Shown: positions 9,021 through 18,503, numbered from the stretch's first letter. The stretch is DNA of 64,000 bases from an uncultured delta proteobacterium (GCA_963796685.1 CAWCMR010000012.1:13587-77586); one strand, 5' to 3'. The notes: generated by a model not told the origin, from the letters alone. Program-made: numbers and translations.

Positions 9021-10397
9021 CTATTCGAGCCACCGCACCACAATTCCACCTGTTCCGGTTCGAGACCAGGCCGCGAGCGCTCGATTGCCCCCCATGGCCA
9101 CCGCTCCTCCGTTGACCGTGCAGGTGCTGGTACTGTCGAGCTGTACTGGACTGGTCCATCCATTCGTCGGATCGAAATGGCTCGCCCAGATCTCCTGGTC
9201 GAAGGCGGTGCAAGGGCCACTCCGCCACAGCGCCCAGGCGTCGCCATTTGGCGCCATGGCAAGGTCGCCGAGCTGATAGTGACTCTCGGCCTGCGACGGA
9301 CTCAGCGGGGTGGTGCTTTGCCACCCGGCGCCCTCGATGTAGTAGCGGGCGGCGACGGTCGTATTGCACGCCGCTCCGGGCTCGTTCGTCCAAGCCGCGA
9401 GGGCGTTGGAAGCGAGATCCGTGACCATGCGCTGGCCGTACCTGTTGGTAACACCATCATTTGCAATAACTGTCTCGCCCGTGCTCCACTCCCCGGTCGA
9501 AAGCAATTCCGCGTGCATCAGGCCACCACTCGCGTTCCACAGTGCGTGCGTGCGCCCACCGATGCAGGCGGCGAGTTCTACATTGCTGGCATCTTGTGAG
9601 ACGGTCACTGGGGGAAGCCGACTGGCGGCCGGATCCCAGGAGTTCGACTCGAGGATCGTGGACAGCGCGTCCCCTGGGGAATTTTGAGTCGAGGTGACCA
9701 CAAAGCCACCAGATGCCGTTACCGACGCGGTCGGGGAACCGCTCGGCATGCCGAAGAGCTGTTCAGGCTGCCAGGAGAGGTCGAAGATGCTGGCCGCCAC
9801 TTGGAGGGAGTCACGATCAATCCACGTCACCATGGCCGCGTTCTGGCCGAGCACTGCAACCGGTGGGGCAAGAGACGGATCTTGCCGCGTGCCCGTCGAG
9901 GTGACACCAATCTGCACTGCGGACCATCCCCCTGGGGTAAAGCGGGCCGCGTAGATTTCTGCCGAGGTGGACGCCCCCGGCAAGCTCGCCAGCGCGACAA
10001 GTGCGGCCCCGCTCCGCAAGGCAACGGAGGTTGCAAACCCGCCTTCCAATAAGAGCTCGGCATCGCTCCAGCCGACGCCTGACGTGTAGCGACGTGCCTG
10101 CGCCCGCCATGTCGTTCCAGTCCCAACGGACCACACGACGATTGCATTCCCCTGCTCGTCCATCGCGACCAGAGGCGACTGGCCTTCGGTTTCGAACCCG
10201 TCTGGCTCGTCGACAACAGCGCCGCCGGCTAGGCCGCCATCCAATGGGTCAATACAACGTGTGGTGGAGCTGTCGACAAGGTCGGTCGCCGTATCTTGCG
10301 GCGCTTGGGCATCCCGCGCTGGTTGTCCCGGAGACCTCGAATGACTGCAGCCGATGACCGCGAGGCAAGCGCAAATCAACTTCCTCGATTCGAACAT
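9021..10397 (-). CDS. Hypothetical secreted lipoprotein (repetitive, beta-rich)
   Basis: Start placed at ATG 10397 (MFESRKLICACLAVIGCS, signal plus lipobox) inside ORF 9021..10535. 458 aa. I recognised no family. Confidence 0.6.
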   Translation of the reverse strand: MFESRKLICACLAVIGCSHSRSPGQPARDAQAPQDTATDLVDSSTTRCIDPLDGGLAGGAVVDEPDGFETEGQSPLVAMDEQGNAIVVWSVGTGTTWRAQARRYTSGVGWSDAELLLEGGFATSVALRSGAALVALASLPGASTSAEIYAARFTPGGWSAVQIGVTSTGTRQDPSLAPPVAVLGQNAAMVTWIDRDSLQVAASIFDLSWQPEQLFGMPSGSPTASVTASGGFVVTSTQNSPGDALSTILESNSWDPAASRLPPVTVSQDASNVELAACIGGRTHALWNASGGLMHAELLSTGEWSTGETVIANDGVTNRYGQRMVTDLASNALAAWTNEPGAACNTTVAARYYIEGAGWQSTTPLSPSQAESHYQLGDLAMAPNGDAWALWRSGPCTAFDQEIWASHFDPTNGWTSPVQLDSTSTCTVNGGAVAMGGNRALAAWSRTGTGGIVVRWLE

Positions 10398-10499
10398 ACG
10401 GTATTCTACGGTCAGTAATCGACCTTTGTCTATCGGAACGATTCGCAAGATCACGGCGCGCGGAAGGAATGGTTTGGCTGTGGTTCGCCACTTGTTCCC

Positions 10500-12665
10500 G
10501 TGGTGTGGATAGGCGGTGGTGGAGGCCGAAGTCATTTCCGTCCTTTGGGGTGTCCGTGCAGCGCGCGAGGGCAGGTTTCCCTGGGTTTGCGGGTCCTTTG
10601 GAGGCTGTCTCCATCACTGCACGTCAAGAACACGCCGGCCAACGAAGAAACCACGGGCACCACGGTGTGTCCCTTCGTGCAGGGGACCGGCTCCGCCGCG
10701 CGCACGGCGCTGATGATGAACCACGTCGACGCCTCTCGCCTGCTGGTTCCGCTGGTCGACATGCGCATGCGCGAGAACGAGATCATCAAGACCCTGTCCG
10801 ACGGGCTGTCGCGAGCCCTCGGCTGCTCGTCGCGAAACATCAAGAAGGCGTGGCGCGCGGGCCTGGAGGCGCAGGCCGATTTCGAGAACCGCTGCTACGA
10901 CGAGGGCGCGAAGTTCATCGCCGAGGCCGAGGCGAAGAAGGAAAACGTCATTCTGCTGGTCGGCCGTCCCTACAACAACTACGACGCCGGCGCGAATCTC
11001 GGCCTGCCGCAGAAGATCGCGGATCTCGGCCGCACCGTCCTGCCCATGGACTTCATCAAGCCCGAGCTCGGCCGCCTGGGCGAGCGCTACCGCAACGCCT
11101 TCTGGAGCTACGGCCAGAAGATCCTGGCCGCGCTGGAAAAGGCCGCCGAGAGCGACATCATGGACGTGGTCTACCTGACCAACTTCTCGTGCGGGCCGGA
11201 CAGCTTCCTACTCAGCTACGCCGAGGAGATCATGGGTAACCGGCCCATGCTCATGCTCGAGCTCGACGAGCACGGCGCCGACGCCGGCTACATGACTCGG
11301 CTCGAGGCGTTCTTCGACGTGCTCCGCCGCCCGCGCCCGCCGCGCGGTTCGCGCACCGAGGTGCGCCCCGAACCGACCGACATGCGCGACCGCACCATCT
11401 GGTTGCCGCCCATGCACCCCTTCGGCACGCGCCTCTTCGCCGCGGCCTTCCGCTCGCACGGTTACGACGCTCGCCTGTTGCCTGAGGAAAACAAGGAGTC
11501 CTTCGAGATCGGCCGCTCCCTCACGCGCGGCTCCGAGTGCCTGCCTTGCGCGCTGACCCTCGGCACCTTCCTCAAGACCCTGCGCGAGCAACCGCGCGGC
11601 GGCAAGCACGCCTTCTTCATGCCCAGCTCCAAGGGCCCGTGTCGGTTCGGCCAGTACACGATCCTGCATCGGCAGATCCTCGAGCGCGAGGGACTCGGCC
11701 ACGAGGTCGCCATTCTCGCCCCGGCGTCGAACAACGCCTACCAGGGGCTCGACAGCCCCATGCGCAAGTCGCTGTTCAAGGCCATCGCCTGCGCCGACAT
11801 CCTGCTCAAAGCGCAGTGCAAGGTGCGGCCCTACGAGGTCAAGATCGGCGAGACCGATCGCGTGGTGAACGAAGGGCTCGAGCTGGTATGCCGGACCGTC
11901 GAGGAACACGGCGATATTGCCGCAGCCTTGAAGGTCGCCATCCAGAAGATCGCGGCCATCGAGACCGCGGGTCCGCGCAGGCCGCTGGTGGGCATCGTCG
12001 GCGAGATCTACGTGCGCAACAACGTCTACGCCAACGAGGACGTCATCGGTGCCATCGAGATGTTCGGCGGCGAGGCCTGGATGCTGCCCATCACCGACTG
12101 GATCCTCTACACCTCGTCGCTCGAGAACTACAAAGAGGAATTCCCGTCGACCATCTTCTCATGGGACAAGGCCGACACCTTCATCACCTACACCTGGATG
12201 AAGCACTGGGAAAAGAAGCTGATGGAGGCCGCCAGCCCCTTCCTCGACGATCGGCACGAGCCCGCCTTCCAGGAATGCCTGGAGATCGCCACGCCGTACA
12301 TCCCGTTCTACCTGGGCGGCGAGGGCAAGCTGTCGGTGGGCCGTGCCATCAAGTTCGCGCAGCAGGGCGCGGCCATGGTGGTGAACTGCGCGCCCTTCGG
12401 CTGCATGCCCGAGACCGTGGCCACCGCGATCTTCGGTCGGCTCTCGGCGGACGTCGACATGCCCATCGTCAGTCTCTTCTACGACGGCAGCGGCGGACAG
12501 AATCGCCGGCTCGAGGTCTTCCTCAACAACGCGGTTCGCGGCCGCCGGGGTCTGGCCGGGATCACCGAAGGCGCGGGCAAGCTCGCCCCCGGATTCCCGA
12601 GTCGCGATCAGCTCGTGCCCGCGCAGAACCTCACCTCGCGCGTGAGGCCGGGCGGCGAAGCGTAG
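10500..12665 (+). CDS. 5'-truncated paralogue of the CoA-dehydratase/activase-related gene (copy 2). It lacks the N-terminal ATPase modules, and its start is uncertain.
   Basis: 721-aa ORF. Recognisable homology begins around CPFVQGTGSAARTAL (~10660). The gene abuts the divergent gene starting at 10397, so no room exists for the usual N-terminal half. ATG candidates are 10500 and 10713. Confidence 0.6.
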   Translation: MVWIGGGGGRSHFRPLGCPCSARGQVSLGLRVLWRLSPSLHVKNTPANEETTGTTVCPFVQGTGSAARTALMMNHVDASRLLVPLVDMRMRENEIIKTLSDGLSRALGCSSRNIKKAWRAGLEAQADFENRCYDEGAKFIAEAEAKKENVILLVGRPYNNYDAGANLGLPQKIADLGRTVLPMDFIKPELGRLGERYRNAFWSYGQKILAALEKAAESDIMDVVYLTNFSCGPDSFLLSYAEEIMGNRPMLMLELDEHGADAGYMTRLEAFFDVLRRPRPPRGSRTEVRPEPTDMRDRTIWLPPMHPFGTRLFAAAFRSHGYDARLLPEENKESFEIGRSLTRGSECLPCALTLGTFLKTLREQPRGGKHAFFMPSSKGPCRFGQYTILHRQILEREGLGHEVAILAPASNNAYQGLDSPMRKSLFKAIACADILLKAQCKVRPYEVKIGETDRVVNEGLELVCRTVEEHGDIAAALKVAIQKIAAIETAGPRRPLVGIVGEIYVRNNVYANEDVIGAIEMFGGEAWMLPITDWILYTSSLENYKEEFPSTIFSWDKADTFITYTWMKHWEKKLMEAASPFLDDRHEPAFQECLEIATPYIPFYLGGEGKLSVGRAIKFAQQGAAMVVNCAPFGCMPETVATAIFGRLSADVDMPIVSLFYDGSGGQNRRLEVFLNNAVRGRRGLAGITEGAGKLAPGFPSRDQLVPAQNLTSRVRPGGEA
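11112..12665 (+). repeat. Dispersed direct repeat: second copy of bases 1..1554 (offset exactly 11,111 nt, no indels)
   Basis: Both stop codons align (1552-1554 against 12663-12665). In the first 360 aligned nt I count 11 mismatches, all synonymous. The translated tracks differ at 9 of 501 residues. Confidence 0.95.
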
Positions 12666-12668
12666 AGC

Positions 12669-12844
12669 TTGGGAAACTGCTGGGCCAAGTCCTGCGCATC
12701 TTCACCGATACCGTCGCGCCCAGCTATGGCAAGGCCTGGCAGATCGGGGCATTGCCGACGGCACGTGCGGCGCTGTCACGTCATCCAGCGTGCCAACAGC
12801 GACCTGCGTCTCTCCCCGCATTTCCACGTTCTCCACCTCGATGG
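12669..12844 (+). pseudogene. IS91-family (HUH/Y2 rolling-circle) transposase fragment, 5'-truncated, internally frameshifted and cut by an insertion
   Basis: VLRIFTDTVAPSYGK..., then in other frames GIADGTCGAVT and VIQRANSDLRLSPHFHVLHLDG. The HUH motif is HFH. This matches the QR..SDL.LNPH.H.L.LDG.Y block I recall for IS91-like transposases. Confidence 0.55.
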
Positions 12845-12866
12845 CCTATGCTGAACTCAGCATAGG
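12845..12866. repeat. Palindrome cctatgctga-ac-tcagcatagg built from the outer RIT terminal motif. It extends to 14-bp arms (atggcctatgctga / tcagcataggccat) if the intron is removed at 14942.
   Basis: Read directly: 10-bp perfect arms with a 2-nt spacer. The intron 5' GTGCG follows immediately. Confidence 0.85.
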
Positions 12867-13250
12867 GTGCGTCCGGCATGGACGCAGAACAAGAGGTGAA
12901 GCCATGAAATAGCCAAGTCCTCTGGGGACCCTGACGGAGGGAACCTCCCACCTACGAGACAAGGGCGCCGGTCTGGAGCACCAGGCCAGACGGGCCGCAA
13001 GGCCCGTCTCCCGCGAGGAGGTGTCTGGTGGAAGTCTATGGTGCAGCGCCGAACCGAACGAAAGTGAAGCGCCGTAAGGCGTGGGTACCGCTGGGCAAGC
13101 TGGCCTTCGGCGGCAAAGCCCAATATTCGTCGGGCGGCCCGCGTAGTGGCGACGGAGTCGGTGCGAAGTTCTGCGTTCTTACCCGGAGAGACCTCTTGGC
13201 CTCCGCGGCGAGGAATCGCAAGCGGAATTCATCGAGAACGAAAGGACGAG

Positions 13251-14811
13251 ATGAAGAAGGGACAAGAGGAGTCGGATGGTCGCGTAATACCGGAAGGCCG
13301 GCGAAAGCCGGTTCCAACCGCCAGAAGGCGGGGAGGGAAGGCGACCACGGCCAGCAAAGAGGCAAGGCAGCTCGGACTGTTTCCCGAGACAGCCGACAAC
13401 CCGAAAGGGACCACCGCCCAAGCGGATCCGGGCCAACCCGTGCCTGCGCGGAGCGAGGTGCCGAAGTCGGGGAACGAGGAAGAGAGGACCTTGCCGCCCA
13501 TGACGATGGAGGAGGTAGCGAGCGAAGGAAACCTGAAAAGAGCGTTCGAGCAAGTGAAGGCCAACAAAGGCGCACCTGGACCGGACCGGCAAAGCGTGGG
13601 GGAAGTGGCGAAGGGGTTGGGGACGCTGATACCGGCGCTGTCGCGGTCGCTGCTCGACGGGACATACCGAGTCGGAGACATCCGGCGGGTATGGATACCG
13701 AAGAGCGGTGGCGGGCGGCGGGGCCTTGGCATACCGAACGTGGTGGACCGCGTGGTTCAGCAGGCCGTGCACCAAGTGCTCGGTCCGCATTATGAGCCGA
13801 CGTTTCACCCGTCGAGCCACGGTTTCCGACCTGGGCGCAGCCTGTCACACGGCCATCGCCGAGGCCAAGCAGTATCTGGAGGAAGGGTACGAATGGGTGG
13901 TCGACCTCGACCTGGAAAAGTTCTTTGACTGGGTCCACTGGCAACGGCTGGTGGCGCGGCTAGAACAGAGGGTTAAGGACCGGCGGCTCATCGAGCTCAT
14001 CTGGCAGATGCTGAAAGCCAAGGTGGTGATGCCCGACGGAGTGGTGGTGGCGACGGAAGAAGGAGTGCCACAAGGTGGTCCGCTTTCGCCGTTACTGAGC
14101 AATATCGTGCTGGACGAGCTCGACCGCGAGCTTGCCCAACGCGGTCACCGCTTCGTGCGCTATGCGGACGACTGCAACATCTACGTCGGAAGCGAGCGCT
14201 CGGGTCAGCGTGTGATGGCCAGCGTGGTCAAGTTCATCGAAGGCCGGATGCGGTTGAAGGTGAACTTGGCCAAGAGCGCGGTGGCCCGACCGGAAGAGCG
14301 GCACTTTCTGGGATTCCGGCTGCGGCGCGAGCCGCTGACGGGGGAAGCGGAGGTGCTGCTGTCGGCGCGGAGCAAAAGCCGCATTGACGAGAAGGTCCGA
14401 GAGCTGACGCCGCGAAACCTTGGGCAGTCCCTCAAGGGCTGCATCAAACAGGTCAACGCGTATTTGCTCGGATGGATCGGCTTCTTCTGTATCTGCACGG
14501 CCGCGGAAGAGCGGACGCTGCAGGCACTCGACGCACACATCAGGCGGCGGCTGCGAGCGATAGTGCTACGGCACTGGAAACGCAGACGCTTCATCGCACG
14601 ACACCTCATCAGCCTGGGGGTGAGACCGAAAACCGCGTGGCAAGGGGTCTACAAGGGGCATCGCTCCTGGTGGGCGCTGAGCCACACATCGGTAGTTGAA
14701 CGAGGACTGCGCAACGCATATTTTGCCGAACGCGGGCTTGTCAGCCTGGCCGAGCGGTGGAAGGACCATCACGCCTTGGACTTCATGGACCCGGCCCTGG
14801 AGCCAGGATAG
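13251..14811 (+). pseudogene. Group II intron-encoded reverse transcriptase/maturase, frameshifted at ~13842, with no C-terminal HNH endonuclease domain visible
   Basis: ORFs 13146..13928 and 13708..14811 join as ...HGFRPGRS|CHTAIAEAKQYL... with one extra c at 13842. RT motifs: LKRAFEQVKANKGAPGPD, RRVWIPKSGGGRRGLGIP, RYADDCNIYV. The protein ends soon after the maturase (X) region. Confidence 0.8.
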
Positions 14812-14870
14812 CTGCGGGCAGCAATGCCGGCGCTGGACTACGGGTCGCTCCCGAACGCCAGCGTCCCGAA

Positions 14871-14942
14871 GAGCCGGATGTGAGGCCCACAAGTCCGGTT
14901 CTGTGAGAGCTGGGGGAGGGTAACCTCCCCTGGCTACTCGAC
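14871..14942 (+). ncRNA. Group II intron domains V and VI (catalytic hairpin and branch-site helix)
   Basis: Domain V is gagccggatgtgaggcccacaagtccggttc, with an AGC triad at its 5' base. Domain VI pairs gagagc-tgggggagg with cctcccctg-gct(A)ctc around a GTAA loop, leaving A14936 bulged. Confidence 0.6.
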
Positions 14943-14946
14943 CCAT

Positions 14947-14976
14947 CCTATGCTGAGTTTCGGATTATGCTGAGTT
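14947..14976. repeat. Outer RIT left terminal inverted repeat (two tandem tatgctgag motifs)
   Basis: Perfect 30/30 reverse-complement match to 21790-21819. A third, inverted motif copy (tcagcatag) lies at 15045-15053. Confidence 0.9.
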
Positions 14977-15096
14977 GCTCGTGACCCGCACGCGATCTGT
15001 GCTGGATTTCCCGGTGGGTCGCTCGAATTGGTGGGTTCTGTTTGTCAGCATAGTCTTGGGCGCTCTTGATGGCCTGTTGGCCAGGAAGGAGCACTC

Positions 15097-16197
15097 ATGC
15101 TGGAGCAGTTTTTCACCTATGACTATGTGCTGGCTCGCCTTCGCGGCGGAGCGCTGGGCGGGATCCTTGACGATGTCGCTGCGCATTTGGAGAAGCGCGG
15201 TCATACACCGAGAGTCGGGCAATCGTACCTGTGCGCAGCCGGCCACTTCTCCCATTGGTTAGATCTCAAAAGGATCAGCCCGAACGCGGTGGGGGAAGTT
15301 ACCCTAGCGTCGTTCCTGGAAGGGCACCTCCCGCGATGCAAGTGTCGGGTGCCACACGGGTTGCGTTGTCACATGCGGGCGGCACTGGACCACGTGTTGG
15401 CCGTGCTGCGCGCACAGGGCGTAGCCACCCCCCCACAGCGGCCAGTGCAGACGCCTGTGGACCGTATGCTTGAGTCCTTCAGGACCTACCGACAAAACAC
15501 GTGCGGAGTGACCGATGCCACCAGCCAGGGCAACGTCTTGCACGTTCGTCGGTTTCTGGTTTCCCTCTACGGGACTGGCGAGATCGATCTGCGCCGGCTT
15601 GGGCCCAAGGAATTGATTGGCTTCGTGTCGGAGCAGACCAGAAAGTACTCGCCGGGCGCGGCGGGGCTTGTCCGAACGGCGTTGCGTAGCTTCCTTCGAT
15701 TTGCGCAAGTCGCTGGCCTGTGCGAAGGGACACTGGCAGCCGCTGTTCCCAAGGTGGCGCATTGGCGCCGAGCGAATCTTCCCCGAGGTCTGTCCGACGA
15801 GCAACTCGCCGCCTTGCTTGCGTCGTTCGACTTGACCGCGGCGACTGGACGGCGGGACTACGCGATGGTTTCGTGCATGGCTGGGCTTGGCTTGCGGGCC
15901 GGCGAAGTCGCTGCGCTGTTGCTCGATGACGTGGATTGGCGGGCGGGCACCTTGCGAGTCGGTCGCGGAAAGGAGCGGCGGGCCAGTGTCCTGCCGCTGC
16001 CCGCACCGGTGGGGCGCGCACTGGTTGACTACCTACGCCGCGGCCGGCCGCACACCGACGATCGTCACATGTTCGTCCGGCACCAGCTGCCGGTGGGCCA
16101 GCCGCTCAGCTCCTCGGCTGTGACAGCCGCTGTCCGACTGGCCTTCACGCGTGCGCGGCTGACCTTTCCATTCAAAGGCGCCCACGTCTTGCGCCAT
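15097..16197 (+). pseudogene. ritA: Outer RIT tyrosine recombinase A, 5' portion (interrupted after the H-x-L-R-H box)
   Basis: ORF 15097..16290 reads normally up to ...FKGAHVLRH. It then runs into the inner element IR (YAESPVMPSE...). The remainder resumes at 19625. Confidence 0.8.
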
Positions 16198-16224
16198 TAT
16201 GCCGAGTCCCCGGTTATGCCGAGT
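16196..16224. repeat. Inner RIT left terminal inverted repeat (two tandem tatgccgag motifs)
   Basis: Perfect 29/29 reverse-complement match to 19564-19592. A third, inverted copy (ctcggcataa) lies at 16281-16290. Confidence 0.9.
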
Positions 16225-16337
16225 GAGCCTCTCGATCTGGCGCGATCAACGGCGATTTCCTCGGCAGGTGGGCTTGCGGACTCGGCATAACCAGGGCGTC
16301 GTCGTCTCCTTCTGGCCACCGGGCCGAAGGAGGACAC

Positions 16338-17571
16338 ATGCCCCGGATGCACGACGATTTTCTGAAATGGCAACGACTGCGCGCTGGCCCCTTGGGTCCG
16401 CACCTCGACACGTTTGCAAAAACGCTCACTGAGAGGGGATATCCGCCTGCGACCGTGGCGTGCAAGGTGCGCCTGGCAGCGAAGTTCGGAGACTGGCTTG
16501 GACGGCGAGGACTGACTGTCGAGGAGGTCGACGAGCAGGCCGTAGCCCGCTTTGTCCGGCGCCATCCCTGCGTACCCCGGCGTGGAGACGCAGCGACATT
16601 GCGTGATGTCCTTGAACGGGTCCGTTCCGCCGGTCTTGCGCCGCCAGCGCCCGTCAAGGTCGATGACACTGCGATCGGGCGGATCGTGAGTGAGTTCGGC
16701 CGGTATCTGTTGGTGGACCGCGGCTTGTCCGTCTTGACTCAGATCAACTACCTGCCCATTGTCCGCTCGTTCCTCCTGGAGCGGTTCGACGGCAGGAGGG
16801 TGCAGCCTCAATGCGCTCGGGCCCCAGGATGCGGGTGAATTTCTGGTCCGGCATGTTCACGTGGTCCATCCAAAGAGAGCCGCTCTGATGGTTACCGCCC
16901 TACGCGGTTTTCTGCGGTGGGTGCACGTGAAAAGAGCCCTGGCTGCAGACCTCGCGGCCACGGTTCCCGCGGTCGCCTGCTGGCGTTTCTCAACGGTGCC
17001 GAAATCGATCCCCGCGCGCGACGTCGAGCATCTGTTGCGCCGCTGTCGACGAAGAAACTCCGAAGCCGGCCTGCGCGACCACGCGGTCATTATGCTGATG
17101 GCACGACTCGGCCTCCGCGGTGGAGAAGTCGTGAGCCTGGATCTGGCAGACTTCGACTGGGCCGCAGGCACGTTGCGGGTCCACGGCAAGGGTGGGCGGC
17201 AAGACGTCCTCCCGTTGCCGTCCGATGTCGGCAAGGCCGTCGCCCGGTACTTGCGCCATGGCCGCCCAGCATGCTCGTGCCGGAGAGTCTTCGTCCGCGC
17301 GAGAGCGCCGCGGCGTGGCTTCGCAACCACGGGCGCGGTCTGTACGATCGTGAAGCGAGCGCTGGAACGCGCCGAACTGGACCCACCACGCAAAGGCGGG
17401 CACATCCTCCGCCATGCGCTCGCCTGCTCGATGCTGCGCCGAGGAGCGACCCTTACCGAGATCGGGCAGGTCCTGCGACACCGTCGAGCCGATACGACGA
17501 CGATTTACGCGAAGGTAGACTTCCATGCGCTACGTGCGCTCGCTCCTGCATGGCCAGGAGGCAGGCGATGA
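16338..17571 (+). pseudogene. ritA: Inner RIT tyrosine recombinase A with a single-nt frameshift near 16800
   Basis: ORFs 16338..16838 and 16759..17571 join as ...FLLERFDGRRV|SLNALGPQDAGEFLV... if one nt is removed in gtgcagcctc. The C-terminal catalytic boxes are intact (GGHILRHALA...LRHRRADTTTIYAKV). Confidence 0.75.
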
Positions 17572-18503
17572 ATACGCTCCGCGAGGGCGCCGAGGAGTAC
17601 CTGTCGCTGCGACGCCGTCTGGGCTACAAGCTCGACCGCTCGGGGCGGTTACTGCTGCAATTTGTGTCCTTCATGGAGCAGCGGAAGGCTCCGTTCATTA
17701 CCAACGATCTGGTCGTCGAATGGGCCGTGCGGCCGACCAAGACCCAGCCCGTGTATTGGGCCAGCCGGCTATCGGCGGTCCGGCTCTTTGCACAGTATTG
17801 GCGCGCCACCGATTCTCGCACCGAGGTCCCTGCCCTCGGGCTCCTCCGGGCTCGGTATCAACGCAAGCGCCCCTACATATACAGCGAGGACGAGATCATG
17901 CGGCTGATGGATGCGGCGGCACGGCTCCCATCGCAGACGGGGCTTCGTGCTCAGACCTACGTCACGCTGCTTGGCCTGCTCACCGTGGCCGGTCTGAGGA
18001 TCAGCGAGGCGATCGCTCTCGACCGCGAGGATGTTGACCTCGAAGGCGGGATCCTGACAATCCGCCGGACCAAATTCGGGAAGACCCGGCTGGTGCCCAT
18101 TCATCGATCGACGAAACTGGCACTTTGCCGGTACGCACGCTTCCGTGATCGCGTTCATCCAACACCACGGACGAGAAGCTTCTTCGTCGGCGAGACAGGT
18201 GCCCGGGTGGTGAAGAACACTGCAGAAGACACCTTCGTCCATCTGTCTCGCCGGATTGGGCTTCGTGGTCCTGAAGGTCGTCACGGTCATGGGCCGCGTC
18301 TGCATGACCTTCGGCATCGGTGGGCCGTGGACACCATGCTGCGCTGGTACCGGGCAGGAGTCGATGTGGAGCGGCACCTGCCGCAGCCGTCGACCTACCT
18401 CGGGCACACCCACGTCAGTGATACCTACTGGTACCTGACCGCAGTGCCCGAGTTGATGAGCCTCGCCATGTCGCTCCTGGAGCGAGATAGGACGTCGCCG
18501 TGA
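17568..18503 (+). CDS. ritB: Inner RIT tyrosine recombinase B
   Basis: ATG 17568 overlaps the ritA stop (ATGA). MNTLREGAEEYLSLRRRLGYKL...GLRISEAIAL...LHDLRHRWAV...YLGHTHVSDTYWYL. Confidence 0.8.
   Translation: MNTLREGAEEYLSLRRRLGYKLDRSGRLLLQFVSFMEQRKAPFITNDLVVEWAVRPTKTQPVYWASRLSAVRLFAQYWRATDSRTEVPALGLLRARYQRKRPYIYSEDEIMRLMDAAARLPSQTGLRAQTYVTLLGLLTVAGLRISEAIALDREDVDLEGGILTIRRTKFGKTRLVPIHRSTKLALCRYARFRDRVHPTPRTRSFFVGETGARVVKNTAEDTFVHLSRRIGLRGPEGRHGHGPRLHDLRHRWAVDTMLRWYRAGVDVERHLPQPSTYLGHTHVSDTYWYLTAVPELMSLAMSLLERDRTSP

Larger units (their letters stand above)
12867..14946 (+). mobile_element. Bacterial group II intron (about 2.08 kb) with an RT/maturase ORF in domain IV. The 3' boundary is ambiguous (14942 or 14946).
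   Basis: 5' GTGCG at 12867-12871. RT/maturase ORF with a YADD motif. Domain V-like hairpin at 14871-14901. Domain VI with a bulged A at 14936. Candidate AY 3' ends at 14941-14942 (ac) and 14945-14946 (at). Confidence 0.8.
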
